Shown here: in pieces, positions 16,347-32,606 of the stretch
Layout: each line of letters begins with the position of its first letter
How positions within the stretch are numbered: position 1 is the stretch's first letter
Source of the DNA: the human T2T-CHM13v2.0 reference genome, Homo sapiens
Length of the DNA stretch: 64,000 nt
Assembly (NCBI RefSeq): GCF_009914755.1
Contig: NC_060926.1
Strand: one strand, 5' to 3'
Made by a program: the position numbers and the translations under genes
The notes under the pieces: generated by a model
Told to the model about the DNA's origin: nothing
What the model saw: only the letters and a program-made list of their open reading frames with translations
Database searches by the model: none

Positions 16347-17231
16347 ACAAACGTCTTCTTTTGAGAAGTGTCTGTTCACATCCTTCACCCACTTTTTGAT
16401 GGGGTTGTTTTTTTCTCGTAAATTTAAGTACCTTGTAGACTCTGGATATTAGACCTTTAGATGGATAGGTTGCAAAATTTTTCTCCCATTCCGTGAGTTG
16501 CCTGTTCACTCTGATGAGAATTTCTTCTGCTGTACAGAAGCTCTTTAGTTTAATTAGATCCTATTTCTCAATTCTGGCTTTTGTTGCAATTGCTTTTGGT
16601 GGTTTAGTCATGAAGTCTTTGCCCATGACTATGTCCTGAGTGGTATTGCCTAGGTTCTCTTCTAGGGTTTTTATGGTTTTAGGTCTTATGTTTAAGTCTA
16701 ATCCATCTTGAATTAATTTTCACCTAAAGTGTAAGGAAGGGGTCCAGTTTCAGTTTTCTGCATATGGCTAGCCAAGTTTCCCAACAACATTTATTAAATA
16801 CGGAATCCTTTCCCCATTGATTGTTTTTGTCAGGTTTGTCAAAGATCAGATGGTTGTAGGTGTGTGGTGTTATTTCTGAGGCCTCTGTTCTGTTCCATTG
16901 GTCTATATATCTGTTTTGGTACCACTATACCATGCTGTTTTGGTTACTCTAGCCTTGTAGTATAATTTGAAGTCAGGTAGCATGATGCCTCCAACTTTGT
17001 TCTTTTTGCTTAGGATTCTCTAGAGTACACGGGCTCTATTTTGGTTCCATATGAAATTGTTTTTTCTAGATCTGTGAAAAAAGTCAATGGTAGCTTGATA
17101 GGAATAGCACTGAATCTAAAAATTACTTTGGGCAGTATGGCCATTTTCATGATATTGATTCTTCCTATCCATAAGCATAGAATGTTTATCCATTTGTGTC
17201 CTCTCTTACTTCCTTGAGCAGTGGTTTGTAG

Positions 17232-17533
<302 letters not shown>

Positions 17534-20212
17534 TTGAAATATTTTTTTATTGTTGTGTCTCTGCCAGGTTTTGGTATCAGGATGAGGCTGGCCTCATAAA
17601 ATGAGTTAGGGAGGAGTCCCTCTTTTTGTATTCTTTGGAATATTTTCAGAAGGAATGGCACTAGCTCCTCTTCATACCTCTGGCAGAATTCGGCTGTGAA
17701 TCCATCTAGTCCTGGGCTTTTTTTGGTTGGTAGGCCATTAATTATTGCCTCAATTTCAGAAATTGTTATTGGTCTATTTAGGGATTTGACTTCTTCCTGG
17801 TTTAGTCCTGGGAAGGTGTATGTGTCCAGGAATTTATCCATTTCTTCTAGAGTTTCTAGTTTATTTGTGGAGAGGTGTTTACAGCATTCTCTGATGGTAG
17901 TTTGCATTTCTGTGGGATCGGTGGTGATATCCCCTTTATCATTTTTTATTGTGTCTATTTGAGTCTTCTCTCTTTTCTTATTAGTCTGGCTAGTGGTCTA
18001 TTTTGTTAACCTTTTCAAAAACCAGCTCCTGGATTCACTGATTTTTTTGAAGTGTTTTTTTTCTGTCTTTATCTCCTTCAGTTCTGCTTTGTTATTTCCT
18101 GTCTTCTACTAGTTTTTGAATCTGTTTGCTCTTGCTTCTCTAGTTCTTTTAACTGTGATGTAAGGGTGTCAATTTTAGATCTTTTCCACTTTCTGATGTG
18201 GGCATTTAGTGCTATAAATTTCCCTCTAAACACTGCTTTAGCTGTGTTGTGATTCTGGTACGTTGTGTCTTTGTTCTCATTGGTTTCAAATAACTTATTT
18301 CTGCCTTAATTTCATTATTTACCCAGTAGTCATTCAGGAGCAAGTTGTTCACTTTCCATGTATTGTGCGGTTTTGAGTGAGTTTCTTAATCCTGAGTTCT
18401 AATTTGATTGCACTGCGGTCTGAGAGACTGTTATGATTTCCGTTCTTTTACATTTGCTGAGGAGTGTTTTACTTCCAATTATGTGGTTTATTTTAGAATA
18501 AGTGCTATGTGGTACTGAAAATAACGTATATTATGTTGATTTGGGGTAGAGAGTTCTACAGATGTCTATTAGGTCCACTTGGTCCAGAGCTGAGTTCAAG
18601 TCCTGAATATCCTTGTTAATTTTCTGTCTCATTAATCTAACATTGAAAGTAGGGTGTTCAAAGTCTCTCACTATTATTGTGTGGGAGTCTAAGCCTCTTT
18701 GAAGGTCTCTAAAAACTTGCTTTATGAATCTGGGTGCTCCTGTATTGGTGAATATATATTTAGGATAGTTAGCTTTTCTTGCTGCATTGATCCCTTTACC
18801 ATTATGTAATGCCTTTGTCTTTTTTGATTGCTTTTGGTTTAAAGTCTGTTTTATCAGAAACTAGGATTGCAACCCCTGCTTTTTTGCTTTCCATTTGCTT
18901 GGTAAATATTCCTCCATCCCTTTATTTTGAACCTATATGTGTCTTTGCATGTGAGATGGGTCTCCTGAATCCAGCACACCAATGGGTCTTGACTCTTTAT
19001 CCAATTTGCTAGTCTGTGTCTTTTAATTGGTGCATTTAGCCCATTTACATTTAAGGTTAATATGGTTACATGTGAATTTGATCATGTCATCATGATGCTA
19101 GCTGGTTATTTTGCCCATTAGATGCAGTTTCTTCATAGTGTTGTTGGTCTTTGTATTTTGGTATGTTTTTGCAGTGGCTGGTACCAGTCTTTCCTTTCCA
19201 TATTTAGTGCTTCCTTCAGGAGCTATTGTAATACAGGCCTGGTAGTGACAAAATCCCTCAGCATTTGCTCATCTGGAAAGGATTTCCTTTCTCCTTCACT
19301 TATGAAGCTTAGTTTGGCTGGATATGAAATTCTGGGTTGAAAATTCTTTTCTTCAAGAATGTTGAATATTGGCCCCCACTCTCTTCTGGATTGTATGGTT
19401 TCTACACAGGGATCTGCTGTTAGTCTGATGGGCTTCCCTTTGTGGGTAACCCGACCTTTCTCTCTGGCTGCCCTTAACATTTTTTCCTTCATTTCAACTT
19501 TGGAGAATCTGAAGATTATGTGTCTTGGGGTTGCTCTTCTCAAGGAGCATCTTCGCGGCGTTCTCTGTATTTCCTGAATTTGAATGTTGGCCAGTCTTGC
19601 TAGGTTGGGGAAGTTCTCCTGCACAATATCCTGAAGTGTGTTTTAACTTGACTCCATTCTCCCGTCACTTTCAGATACACCAATCAATCCTAGGTTTGGT
19701 CTTTTCACATAGTCCTACATTTCTTGGAGGCTTTGTTCATTCTTTTTCATTCTCATTTCTCTAATCTTGTCTTCACATTTTATTTAAGTTGATCTTCAAT
19801 CTCTGATATCCTTTCTTCTGCTTGATTGATTCAGTTATTGATACTCGTTCTTCAAGAAGATTTATGTTCTTCTCTAAACTGGTTATTCTAGTTAGCAGTT
19901 CCTGTAACCTTTTATCAATGTTCTTAGCTTCCTTGCATTGGGTTAGACCATGCTCCTTCAGCTCAAAGGAGTTTGTTATTACCCACCTTATGAAGCCTAC
20001 TTCTGTCAATTCGTCAAACTCATTTCCGTCCAGTTTTGTGCCCTTGCTGGAGAGGAGTTGTAATCATTTGGAGGAGAAGAGGCATTATGGTTTTTGGAAT
20101 TTTCAGCATTGTTGCACTGGCTTTTCCTCATCTTCGTGTGTTTATCTACCTTTGAGCTTTGATGCTGATGGCCTCTGAATGGGGTTTTTGTGTGGGTGTC
20201 CTTTTTGTTGAC

Positions 20213-21047
20213 ATGAGGTGCTTGCTGAAGACAAAGGGAATACAGAATGGGTAGTAGGAGGAGGTAGTCATCAATACTAGCTACAACCATGTGATCAGCT
20301 GCAGAAATGGAGACTGTGATTGTCATAAATATTTCCTCCATCTTTTGCTAAAAACATGTTTGTGCATGCATATACTTGTACTAAGAAAATATCTTTATTT
20401 CCTTTTCCTTTATCATGTGACATAAGATTTACTGACTTCATATTGGCATTTAAGTACTGCTAACTTTATGTAATGGTATTTGGGTTGGGAACTGGTGCAT
20501 TTCTGGTCGTACAAAGGGTAGTTGCATTATGTTAGGCATAATTATGACCTTATTATTGTCTTTATTTGAAGACTCAGGAGATGTGTATGGGTTCAAGTTG
20601 ACAAGGGGTGGACTTGTGATGGTGAATACTGAGTGTCAACTTGACTGGACTGAAGGATACAAAGTATTGATCCTGGATGTGTCTGTGAGGGTGTTGCCAA
20701 AAGAGATTAACATTTGAGTCAGTGGGCTGGGCAAGGCAGATCCACCCTTAATCTGGTGGGCACAAACTAATCAGCTGCCAGAGAATATAAAGCAGGCAGA
20801 AAACCGTGTAAAGGAGAGACTGGCCTAGCCTCCCAGCCTGTATCTTTCTCCCATGCTGGATGCTTCCTGCCCTTGAACATCAGACCCCAAGTTCTTCAGT
20901 TTTGATACTCAGACTGGTCCTCATTGCTCCTCAAGCTTGTAGACAGCCTACTGTGGGACCTTGTGATTGTGCAGGTTAATACTTAATAAACTCCCCTTTA
21001 TATACATATCTCCTATTAGTTCTTTCCCTCTAGAGAACCCTGATACA
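20213..21047 (+). mobile_element. HERV-L 3' internal remnant (20213-20614) plus MLT2A LTR (20615-21047)
   Basis: PPT-like gacaaggggtggact immediately before TGTGATGG...; the LTR ends ctagagaaccctgataca. Confidence 0.88.
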
Positions 21048-21055
21048 CCAACTTA

Positions 21056-21634
<579 letters not shown>

Positions 21635-21714
21635 TCAATATGTTTCCTGACAACTGAAATGCTATGATTACATCTATAAATAGAAAACATTATGGAATCA
21701 TGATGTGGAGCCTA

Positions 21715-21715
<1 letters not shown>

Positions 21716-21745
<30 letters not shown>

Positions 21746-21753
21746 TATATATA
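21716..21753. repeat. (TA)n(CA)n microsatellite
   Basis: Direct reading. Confidence 0.9.
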
Positions 21754-22470
21754 CGAAAAATGCTATCAGATGAAGACAAGCTAAAACACCTTTTAAGTAT
21801 AAGGAAACATACCTTTTCTTTCCTTTGTCTAGAAGTCTGAAATACTCCAAGTCTCATAATCATACTAGAGGTCCACGAATGTCAATACCTGGTATGTACA
21901 CATTTATACAAAAATGGCTCTTCTGCTGTTAACAGTTATGTGTCAAAAAGATCAAAGTGTACCTAACACAGAAACACTACATAAGACTCAGCTATGGCAA
22001 GAGATAGAGTCTCTTGCTTGTTTAAAAAAGATCACTTTTTAATTAAACCTCCTGTTTAGAAAGACCATATTAAGTAGAATTTATAGATCAATGTCCCAAT
22101 TGCAATGTATCATAAGGTGACTAATCTCCAGTGACCCAGCCCTTCTAATTAAAATGTCCCTAAAACCTTCCTCCATAGGACAAGGAGGACTATTTGGAAA
22201 TGAAGCATGCTTACTAAAGTCCTCTGTTACATTCAAAGGACATAAAACTAGATTGGCTTTGCCCTCAACGACCAGCAGGTAGACACGGCACTTGGATTTA
22301 GGTCAGGGTTAGTGGAACTGATTTCTGAAGCTCACCTAAATTTGGGAAAAAAGAAAACACAATGCATGGGCTATGTCACCACCAATGGAGCACTAATACC
22401 CCCTTAGAGAGGCTTCCCTGTCACCGGACTTCACTATGTTCACTCAGGGCAGAAAGGATTCCAATATTAC

Positions 22471-22552
22471 CTTCAATTGCTCTAGGGCAAAAGATGAACC
22501 ATCTTGCTGTAAGTTTTCAATAATTTCTTCCACAGTATTGGCTGAAAAACAA
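22471..22552 (-). CDS. HIBCH: HIBCH coding exon (probably exon 11, 82 nt): [27 protein letters not shown]
   Basis: ttttttatag|TTGTTTTTCA...TTGAAG|gtaata. Phase 2 start, phase 0 end. Confidence 0.97.
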
Positions 22553-22909
22553 CTATAAAAAAAGGAAATGTGATTTCACCAATGTGTAAGTGATTTCCTG
22601 TTTCTAACATACGATGAATCTGAACATAGGCTTTCCCCCACCTCTGTTTCAATAATGAAAAATTGTCTAACCTCTTTAACAGGACGTGAAAAGAAAGAGA
22701 GCATTGCTTCCCTGGGTAAGCATTTGCCGTCTACCTTCACTAACATAAAATAAAATCTAAATTTTATTTTTTCTTTTGCATCTGTTATATTTCCATGTAA
22801 AGAAACAATTCAACAATGAAAAATCGATGCTTCTAAATTGTAGAGATGGTTGTCTTATTTTCTAATACTTTTCCTCCTCTTGTTTCCCAAAGCCAGTTTG
22901 TCAATCTCT

Positions 22910-23203
22910 CAAATCATCACACAAAACCTTTTTTGCTGATCGGCTTGATAAGACCTTCAGAGAAGATGAATTTAAAAAGGTAAAAGTTAATTCAATTATT
23001 ATTTTCTAGCTTCTCTTCTCCACTTAAAAAAAAAAGATATTTTGCACTAATATAAATTCAAATCACTGCACAAAATCTTTTTGCTGTTCAGCTTGGTAAG
23101 ATCTTCAGAAAAGATGAATTTACAAAAATAAAAGTTAATTATTATTTTCTAGCTGCTCTTCCCCACTTTAAAAAAAAAGGTATTTTGTACTAAGATGAAT
23201 TCT
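22910..23203. repeat. Old tandem duplication, 2 copies of about 149 bp
   Basis: caaatca...tttttgctg...cttcaga..agatgaattt...aaaagttaatt...ccactt.aaaaaaaaa...tattttg.actaa occurs twice with scattered mismatches. Confidence 0.9.
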
Positions 23204-23298
23204 CATGGTAGATTACTTAAATATAATGAATTTATTTCACCCAGAAAGAGAGGGAAAGAAGCTACTTTCAAAGGTAAGTGAAAAAAAAACCCTATGCT

Positions 23299-23672
<374 letters not shown>

Positions 23673-23737
23673 TTAGCAAATTCATTTTAACATAGTCTTT
23701 CTAAAGGAATATATAACTGAGATCTCTTTTTAGGTAC

Positions 23738-23796
23738 CTGTTTATTTTGTCCATGTGTTCCTCAAGTATAAAAGACTTGTCTCGATCAATCTTAGA
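23738..23796 (-). CDS. HIBCH: HIBCH coding exon (probably exon 10, 59 nt): [20 protein letters not shown]
   Basis: tcaaacag|TCTAAGATT...AAACAG|gtacct. Frame is continuous with its neighbours. Confidence 0.96.
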
Positions 23797-25312
23797 CTGT
23801 TTGAAAAGAAAAATCTTTTAATAAATTTGAACACAATTTTTTAATCCTTAAAAATTCATATTTAATGATACACTTTGTGAAAGATTGTCACTTGTCACTT
23901 TCAGTCAAATTACATCTAACTGTCTCATAAATAACTACCGCTGTATGATCAAAATTCAGACAGCATGTAGAACTCTAGACTAGCTCTTAAAAGTATCAAC
24001 GGCAAAAATGTTCTAGTATTTTTATTTACATGTATAAATATATGTAACCACTATTACATTTGACACATTATCATTAAAATATATCTGTGAATATGTAAGG
24101 GACCTGAAAGGTCAACCTGCCCAAATTTCCATCCTAGCCAGAAATTCACACCATATACCTGGTATGCCTGCAGCTGTGACCTTCAGGGAGAGAAAGCACC
24201 TCTCAAGGAGGAGTTCACAAATGCTAGAACAACTGAATAATTAGGTTTCTGTTGTTGTTTTAATTCTGGAACAAAAACCAATGCTAGCATGTTTATAGTT
24301 CTAGTTAATCTCTTTCACCTTAACCACTTCCCACATGACACAGTTTTGTGTCCCCTCATGATCCAGGTCCTTCTCATGGACAAGTTCCAGTTTATCAAGG
24401 TCATTCTTCAAGTACGGGACACGTATCTTAGCTGCAGGTGTGGCTGGATGGTAGCAAAGTATAAGAGGGTTCTGCAGGCCCTTGATTGCTTTGGATATAC
24501 TTTTCTTAATTGGACTAACTCTGAGTTAGTGTTGAGACAGGCCTATGATTGCAGCTGATTCACACTAAGCTCCAATTAAATAAGACTTTTTTTTTTTTTT
24601 AAACCTGTGCCATTGTAGGCTGTGTTTCTCCTATTCTGTACTTATGAATTTAGCACTTTGGGTTAAAACACAAGATTCGCACTTATCTTTATTAAATTTC
24701 ACATTATTACTATTGAGCAGATCACTCTAAACTCTAAGGGTTGTTTTTTCATCCATATTCTTTTTCCTAATTTAACTTGTTTTTCTTAGTTCTAAATCAA
24801 CTTGATCAAAACGCTATCAGTGGTCACCAAATCACTTGAGAAAAATGCTGAATAAGTCTAAGATGACTTCCCTACAAACTAACTCCTATACATTTAGTAG
24901 AACTCTTTGATAAGCCCCTTCAACCACCGCAAAGCATAATTCATCACATATTTACTCAATTCGACAACAGGAGACTATCAAATGCTCTGATAAAAACAAG
25001 TGAAATCCTCATGTGCTCTGTATTCATATTCTCTCCACCAAGTACTTGGTGGCCCTGCCAATCTGTACTCATGTTCTTCAGTTCTGGGTAATTTATTTGG
25101 TACTATTTCTCCAAATATTTCCTTCCCTCTATCTTCTTTACTATGAATTCCTAATGATTAGATTTTGGACCTCTTGGAATAATACCTCTAGTTTTCCATT
25201 CTCTCCCTTTTCTATTTAATTATCCTTTTCTGTTAGAGTTTTCCTCAACCACAGATTTTAATCTGTTCTGGGTTTTTTATTCCCAACTTTTGTTATCATC
25301 TTTAAAATTTTA

Positions 25313-25611
25313 CAGGCATAACCACTACCAAGGTCAGCCAGTAGCCATCAACATCTAGGCAAGGCCCTCCAGCAGCAAAACAATTATGACTCACCGAAAG
25401 CTCAGATGATCATTAGTATTTTTAGCTAAATTATTTTATAACTATAAATTAATAAGATACGTACTTGTGCTTAGAAATGATGCTCCTGCACACTTAATAG
25501 ACTACAGTATAGTGTAAAAGTTTTTATGAGCACTGGAAAACCAAAACATTCATGTGACTAGCTTTATTGCCATGGTGTGGAACCAAATTCAGATTCTCTG
25601 AGGCATGCCTA
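25313..25611 (+). mobile_element. Internally deleted Tigger1 (TcMar) element
   Basis: ta-CAGGCATA left end, Tigger1 3' body (gcacacttaatagactacagtatagtgtaaa) and GAGGCATGCCTa-ta right end. Confidence 0.8.
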
Positions 25612-26164
25612 TATTATTCTTTGAATTACCTTTATAACATCTGTTGTTGTTTAAGAGGTAAAATATTTTCCTCTTAAGTTAACAGTTATAGATTGGTATT
25701 TGTCTAAGTTTCCTTCTTCTTGCATTAACTGTTTCCTTCCAGTGCCTTTGTTGTTTGTTTTGGCCTAGGAATATTTGTTTTTCTATGCAAAGCACTAAAA
25801 TTAGGAAGCTTTGCGTCTAATGTCAGTTGCAAGTTATGGGATTCTCAATTGTGTTACATTATAAGATGATCAGGCAAGATGTGTTATTAAGGGGTCCATG
25901 AATTTCAACGTCTATGGGTTTTTTTTTCTTCCAATGTATTGCTTAGGAGTGGGGTGGGATGCAGCGGTTCTGCAAGCCAACTAGGGAAAAGGGACAGAGG
26001 TCTTCCAACTTAGTATATCTCACCTCTCATCAGTACAGTACTTCATCAGTCTCTACTGTCAGCTAGACCTGCCTGATTTGGTTTCTCTAAGGAGTAAGTA
26101 TCTACTCTTCCGCCAGGCTACTGGAAGATAGCTACTCTCAGTTGTACAAGAAGACTTGTGGAAG

Positions 26165-26473
<309 letters not shown>

Positions 26474-27205
26474 TTATAATAAATCCTCCTGTTTTTCTGC
26501 CCCATTCTACACCCTAGTCTTCAGAGGGACCTAGTCCCTTTAGAAGGGTCTACAGCAACAATCAGCTGACTTCTTATTGGCTTTCAGAGTTCTTTGGTTT
26601 AAGTTAGCAGCACTCATCCTGCTGATTTCAAGCTTCCAAAATACTAACATCTCATGTCTGCCACTGTCTCCTCTTCCGTTCTACTTGTCTTTGTGGGTTT
26701 ATGCCTTTTCTTATTCACTTATTACAATTTTGAATGGTGTTTTAGGAGGCAGCATGTATTCAATCATGTTTAACTAGAAGTTATGGAGTGTTTTTAAAGA
26801 TTCTTGGCTCTTATAAGAAAATTCAAGTCAGACAACATAAGTAAGGAATTAAAAATACATGCTGCAATAAACTTTATTAAATATAAATAAATGTCAAGAG
26901 TTTGCATCTCCACAAATAGTGTTAACATTGAACACCGTTTACAGAAATGCCAAAACCCTTGCAAAGAATGATCACAAGGCTATGCACTGAAGTTAACCAG
27001 CAGTGGGAAGACAGCTATGCAGCTGCACAGGAAAGAAGTCATCTTATTAGCTGGCTATACTAACAACTGTGAAGCACTGATTCTTCTGCCACGCTTTAAA
27101 GTAAATAAATCCTTAGTACATTTATTTATATTTACAAACTATAATATTCACCAACTGCCAGTTTTTTAATCACTTCCCCTCCCCATGAATTAAAACCTGA
27201 GGTTA

Positions 27206-27310
<105 letters not shown>

Positions 27311-29667
27311 CTAAAGGGGAGGCAGAAAAAAAGGAAAGATCTTAGATCCAATAGAAACATAGAAAGCTTTATAAAAATCTCATCTTCTTTTTTAGAATTC
27401 TTGACTTTAAATTATGAAGCTGTCTCTTCAGGTGAATCACTGAAAGAAATTTTGACTTAAGTTGAATGAACAGGTATTCCCACACAGCAAATGTAGCCTT
27501 CAAAGGAATGGATAAAGATGGAAGAAATTAAGAAGGAGAAATAGAGACTTTTGTTTCTCAGCCTATTGAGTACTTGGAACCAAAGACCTACATATAAATT
27601 TTATTTTATTTTTAATTAATTTTAACCAAAATTGCCACAAATTATTAGTGGCTACCACAGACAATGCACAACACTATAATATAGCTTCACTTATTTATCC
27701 ATCTAATCCCTCACTTAATCTACCCTACACTGAGCCAAACAGGACTTTTTACTGTTCCCAGAGCATAGCTAATGCTTTCTTGCCCCTGTGATTTCATTAA
27801 ATGTTTCCTTTACCTGACAATACCTTTTCCTGATAATACTCACCTTAAGGCCGGCTGTACTGCAACCTTCATAAAAAAGCTTCTAGTCCTTTCTTACAGG
27901 TAAGCTCTTCCTCCTTTCAATTCTTTGAGTATTTTCTTTGTATTGTTTTTACACTTACCATACTTTACCTCTGCCAGATGAGAGAGATGGTTATTTATCT
28001 TTTGTACCCACTTCTAATCGCATCCCCAAAGTATATTCCTCTTTTTCATATCCTCTACAGCCCTGAGAATGTCTGTCTACTCATTGCAGATACTAGCATT
28101 GAACACATTGACAAAGAAAGGGGTTATGCATCAGCTCTCTCGTATCCTAAATTCCACTGTAATCAAGGGTGTCCCTTCCAGACAGGATAATCACATGCCC
28201 ATGTTTCCTTCCTGTTATAGCTCAAGGGAAGCATGAGACTACTCAATGTGACTGAGGATGCCCACAACACAGAGAAAGATCTGAATCTTTGGCCAAACAT
28301 GATAGAAAGGCCTTCATAACAGTTTACAGAGACAATCTTCAATTTTGTATGCTTCATACATTTTACAGAATCTGTAACAGTGTGAGAAACAAGACCAAAG
28401 CTCATCAACATAAAAATTTCCACAGCCAATTTATAAAGTTTATGAAGAGAATTCTATTAGTGACCAAACAGTACATTTTTATGCTATCCAGCTGTTTTAC
28501 TTCAATGGCCAAAGAGGACGTGTGAGAATAAATCATCATCATTTGTAAAAAGTCCTTGGGGGACTCACATGATAGTCTAACTGTCAGTATAATCTCTGGC
28601 ATCCTTACCCAAAACAGAAGAATGTTACAGATATGAGGATAAAAAGGGCCATCCTTTGTAACATACAAGAGACTCTCAATGAAAAATCCGGCAACCTCTA
28701 AAAATATAAAACTGCATTAAAATTATTAATAATAGTTAAATTTTGAGTGTTTACTATTTGTCAGTTACTGGGCTAAGCATGTAACATAAATTTTCTAATT
28801 TAATTTTTATAGCTTTCCTTGCCGTATCCTAAAACACCCTTCCCTTAAGATCTGATCAGCTATTCATCTGATGACCATGTGCTTCCTTGAAAGCTGACTT
28901 TACCCCACAGATTGAAGGACAGAGTGTGCATTACCTAGGATAGGCCAGTTGGTATATTCTACCTACTCATACGGTTCAGGAATAAGATAAGCCAGTCCAG
29001 TCAGAGTGAACCAAACCAGGTGAAGCAAAATACATCCTAAGTCTCTTGCTGGGAATTCTGAGGCAAAACTACCTTGAATTGGGTCTTCTGCCACATGTAA
29101 CACAAGGAGTTTCAACTACTATGTAATAGTGTCATCTCCATTCTGCAGACGGGAAAATGGGGGGCAAAAGAGGCTAAGTTCCAATTAAGACTTAAACTCA
29201 AACTATCTATATATTCTTTTCCACTATGTTATCCTGTGCTGAGAAAATTGGCCACATTGTTTTTTTTTTAAAAAAAAAAAAGCAAAGATAAGTAACGTGT
29301 TCCTTGTAACAGATGTGTTTTAGAAAAGTCAAATGCAATTACTTTCAATGCGCTAGGGAAACTCATAACCAAAAGAAGCCTTCAAAATGTCCTCATAAAA
29401 TAAAAGGCTATCTTTTTATATATAAATTTAGATTTGTACATATTAGACTTTCTTAAGGTAGGCATGATTTTTTTTTTAAGAGACTCTAATTGTTCACTTA
29501 AAAATACTCACTGAAGGTGCCAACCCTGAATCCAGGTATCATTATCTCCAGTTTGCATATGAGGAAACAGAATTAGAGAGCTTATGCACTTTCTCCAAGG
29601 TAACACAGCTATAAACTAATAGGTCCAGGATTCACACCACGATTTCACCAGAAGTCTGTGGCTCTCA

Positions 29668-30039
<372 letters not shown>

Positions 30040-30490
30040 TCAATATCACAAAAGACTTGCTATGAACTGTGCTAACTTGGGTATTTTTCAAAACCTTCAT
30101 GTCTCATTTCTATAGAAGTCAGTAAAGTATTTGATGACACAATGTTTTGTATATTAGAAGTACTCAATGTTACCTAAATTTTCTTACCACTGATCTACTT
30201 TTGAAGAATCTCCAAAATAGGTAAAAATTTCAAAAAAATTTATTTCCAAATCAGCACAGGAAAAAAAAATACATAACCTATGGCCTATTATAGCAAAATT
30301 ATTACCATTTAAATCATGTCCCAACCTTAGTCAATTATCTAATATTCAAGATGTTTAAATATTGATGCAATAATCACAAGTCCTACTAAATGAACAGGTT
30401 TATACCTAATAAAATCATTTGCATTTACCCTTTTCTTAACCATCAGTATTTAAAAATTATCTACGGGTAACAACTGAAAATAGCATATAA

Positions 30491-30820
<330 letters not shown>

Positions 30821-31705
30821 TTACCAGCACACTCCTTTGGGTGTTTAAGATCTTAAACAACTGTGACCCTCTAGTTTTATAATTTATGTATCTGTTCTAA
30901 AGTTTCCTTTAATTATGTTGGGATAAAAATGCAAGCACTAAAATTCTCTCCAGTTCTACTTTACAAAAAAGTTCTAGACTTAAAAGAAAAAGCATCATGC
31001 TCCTGTAAACAGAAATATCTCTTAGTATCTCAAACTAGCTAGGTCTCAAGTTAAACTCATAACCTCCCCGCGCCAGTCCCACAATCTTCCTCCAGCATCA
31101 CCTACCTCAATAAAGGGTGCACGTATACAGCCTTGACACCTTCTCGCACCATCCCCTTAATCCCCATCAGTGACCACATCTTATTGATTTTCCCTCTGAA
31201 CTGTTCTCCACACAATAGCCAAAGTGATCTTTTAAAAACACAAATCCTTACCAGAGTCTTGCATCCACTGCTTAAAACCCTCCCATGGCTGCCTATTTCT
31301 CCTGGATTAAAACAAACACCTTTATCAAAGTCTTCAAGGCCCCTTACCACTTTTTCCACTACATCCCTTACTACTCACTCCCAATACTCCAGCCACTCTG
31401 GTCTTCTTTCAGTTCCCTAACATTCTACACTCATTCCTGCCCCAGAGCCTCAGCAGCATGCTGCCCAAGTGGAAAAACCCTCCATCCTGACAACACGTTC
31501 TTCTCTTCCAGGGTACCACATTCTCTCTTTTCTCCCCCTTCCCCCAATTCTGCTTCTTTCCAGTCTCCCTCACAGACACCACCTCCTCTGCTTGACCTCT
31601 TGCTCAAGGTGCCTAAGCTCCATATTAGGCTACCTCCTCTTTCCTATATATACATTTTCCTTAACTCCTATGACTTTAAATAATATCTATATGCTGATTA
31701 CTCCC

Positions 31706-32086
31706 TGCTATGGACTGCATTGTGTCCTTCCAAAAAGTCCTATGTTGAAGCCCTAACCCTCGATGTAACTGCATTTGGAAGCAGGGCCTTTGAAGAGGTA
31801 ATTAAGTTTAAGTGAGGTCATAAGGGTGGGGTCCTAATCCAACAGGACTGGTGTCCTTATAAGAGGAGGAAGAAACACAGGGATGCATGTGAACAGAGAA
31901 AAGGCCACATGAGGACAGAGCAAGAAGGCAGCAGTCTATTAGCCACAGAGAGAGGGCTCAAGAGAACCATCTGCTGACACCTTGATCTCAGCCTTTCAAT
32001 CTCCAGAACTGTGAGAAAAAAAATTTCTACTGTTTAAGCAACCAAGTTTGTGGTATTTTGTTATGCAGCCCTAAAAGTTTAATACA
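31706..32086 (+). mobile_element. MLT1 (MLT1B-like) solo LTR
   Basis: TGCTATGGACTG...ctccagaactgtgaga...tgtggtattttgttatg...AATACA. Confidence 0.85.
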
Positions 32087-32396
32087 CTGCGAAATCACTC
32101 ATGCCTTCTCCCGTGAACACTGAACTCTTAGATCTGCCACCTAAACAGAACCACATAGATAATAAGTATCTCACATTTAACATGGCAAAAGTAGAACTAC
32201 TGATTCACAAACCTCCAACTACACTGCTCCTTCCCTCATCAGCCTCATCCATCAAAGTAGCACAAGTTAAATACCTTGGAGTTATTCCTGATTCATCATA
32301 CCAGCAAGTCAGTTAAGCCCAAAACATGTTTCAAATCTATTCACTCTTTTCAACTCTATACCTCCAAACTACTCCAAAGCCAAAATCTCTCCAGAC

Positions 32397-32606
32397 TGTG
32401 CTGTCCAACAGAACTTTCTACAATGATGAAATCTATAATTTCTGCTGTCCAATAAGACAGCCACTAGCCATATGTAGCTATTAAACACCTGAAATGTAGC
32501 TGGTGTGACTGAGGAACTGAATTTGTTTTCTTTAAATTTAATTAATTTATATTAAAATTTTAAAAGCCACTTGTGGCTAGTGGCTATACAGTATTGGACA
32601 GTGTAG
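32397..32606. mobile_element. MER3-like hAT-Charlie DNA transposon
   Basis: Inverted ends ctgtgctgtccaa / ttggacagtgtag. 8-bp flanks ctccagac and ctctagac. Confidence 0.8.
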
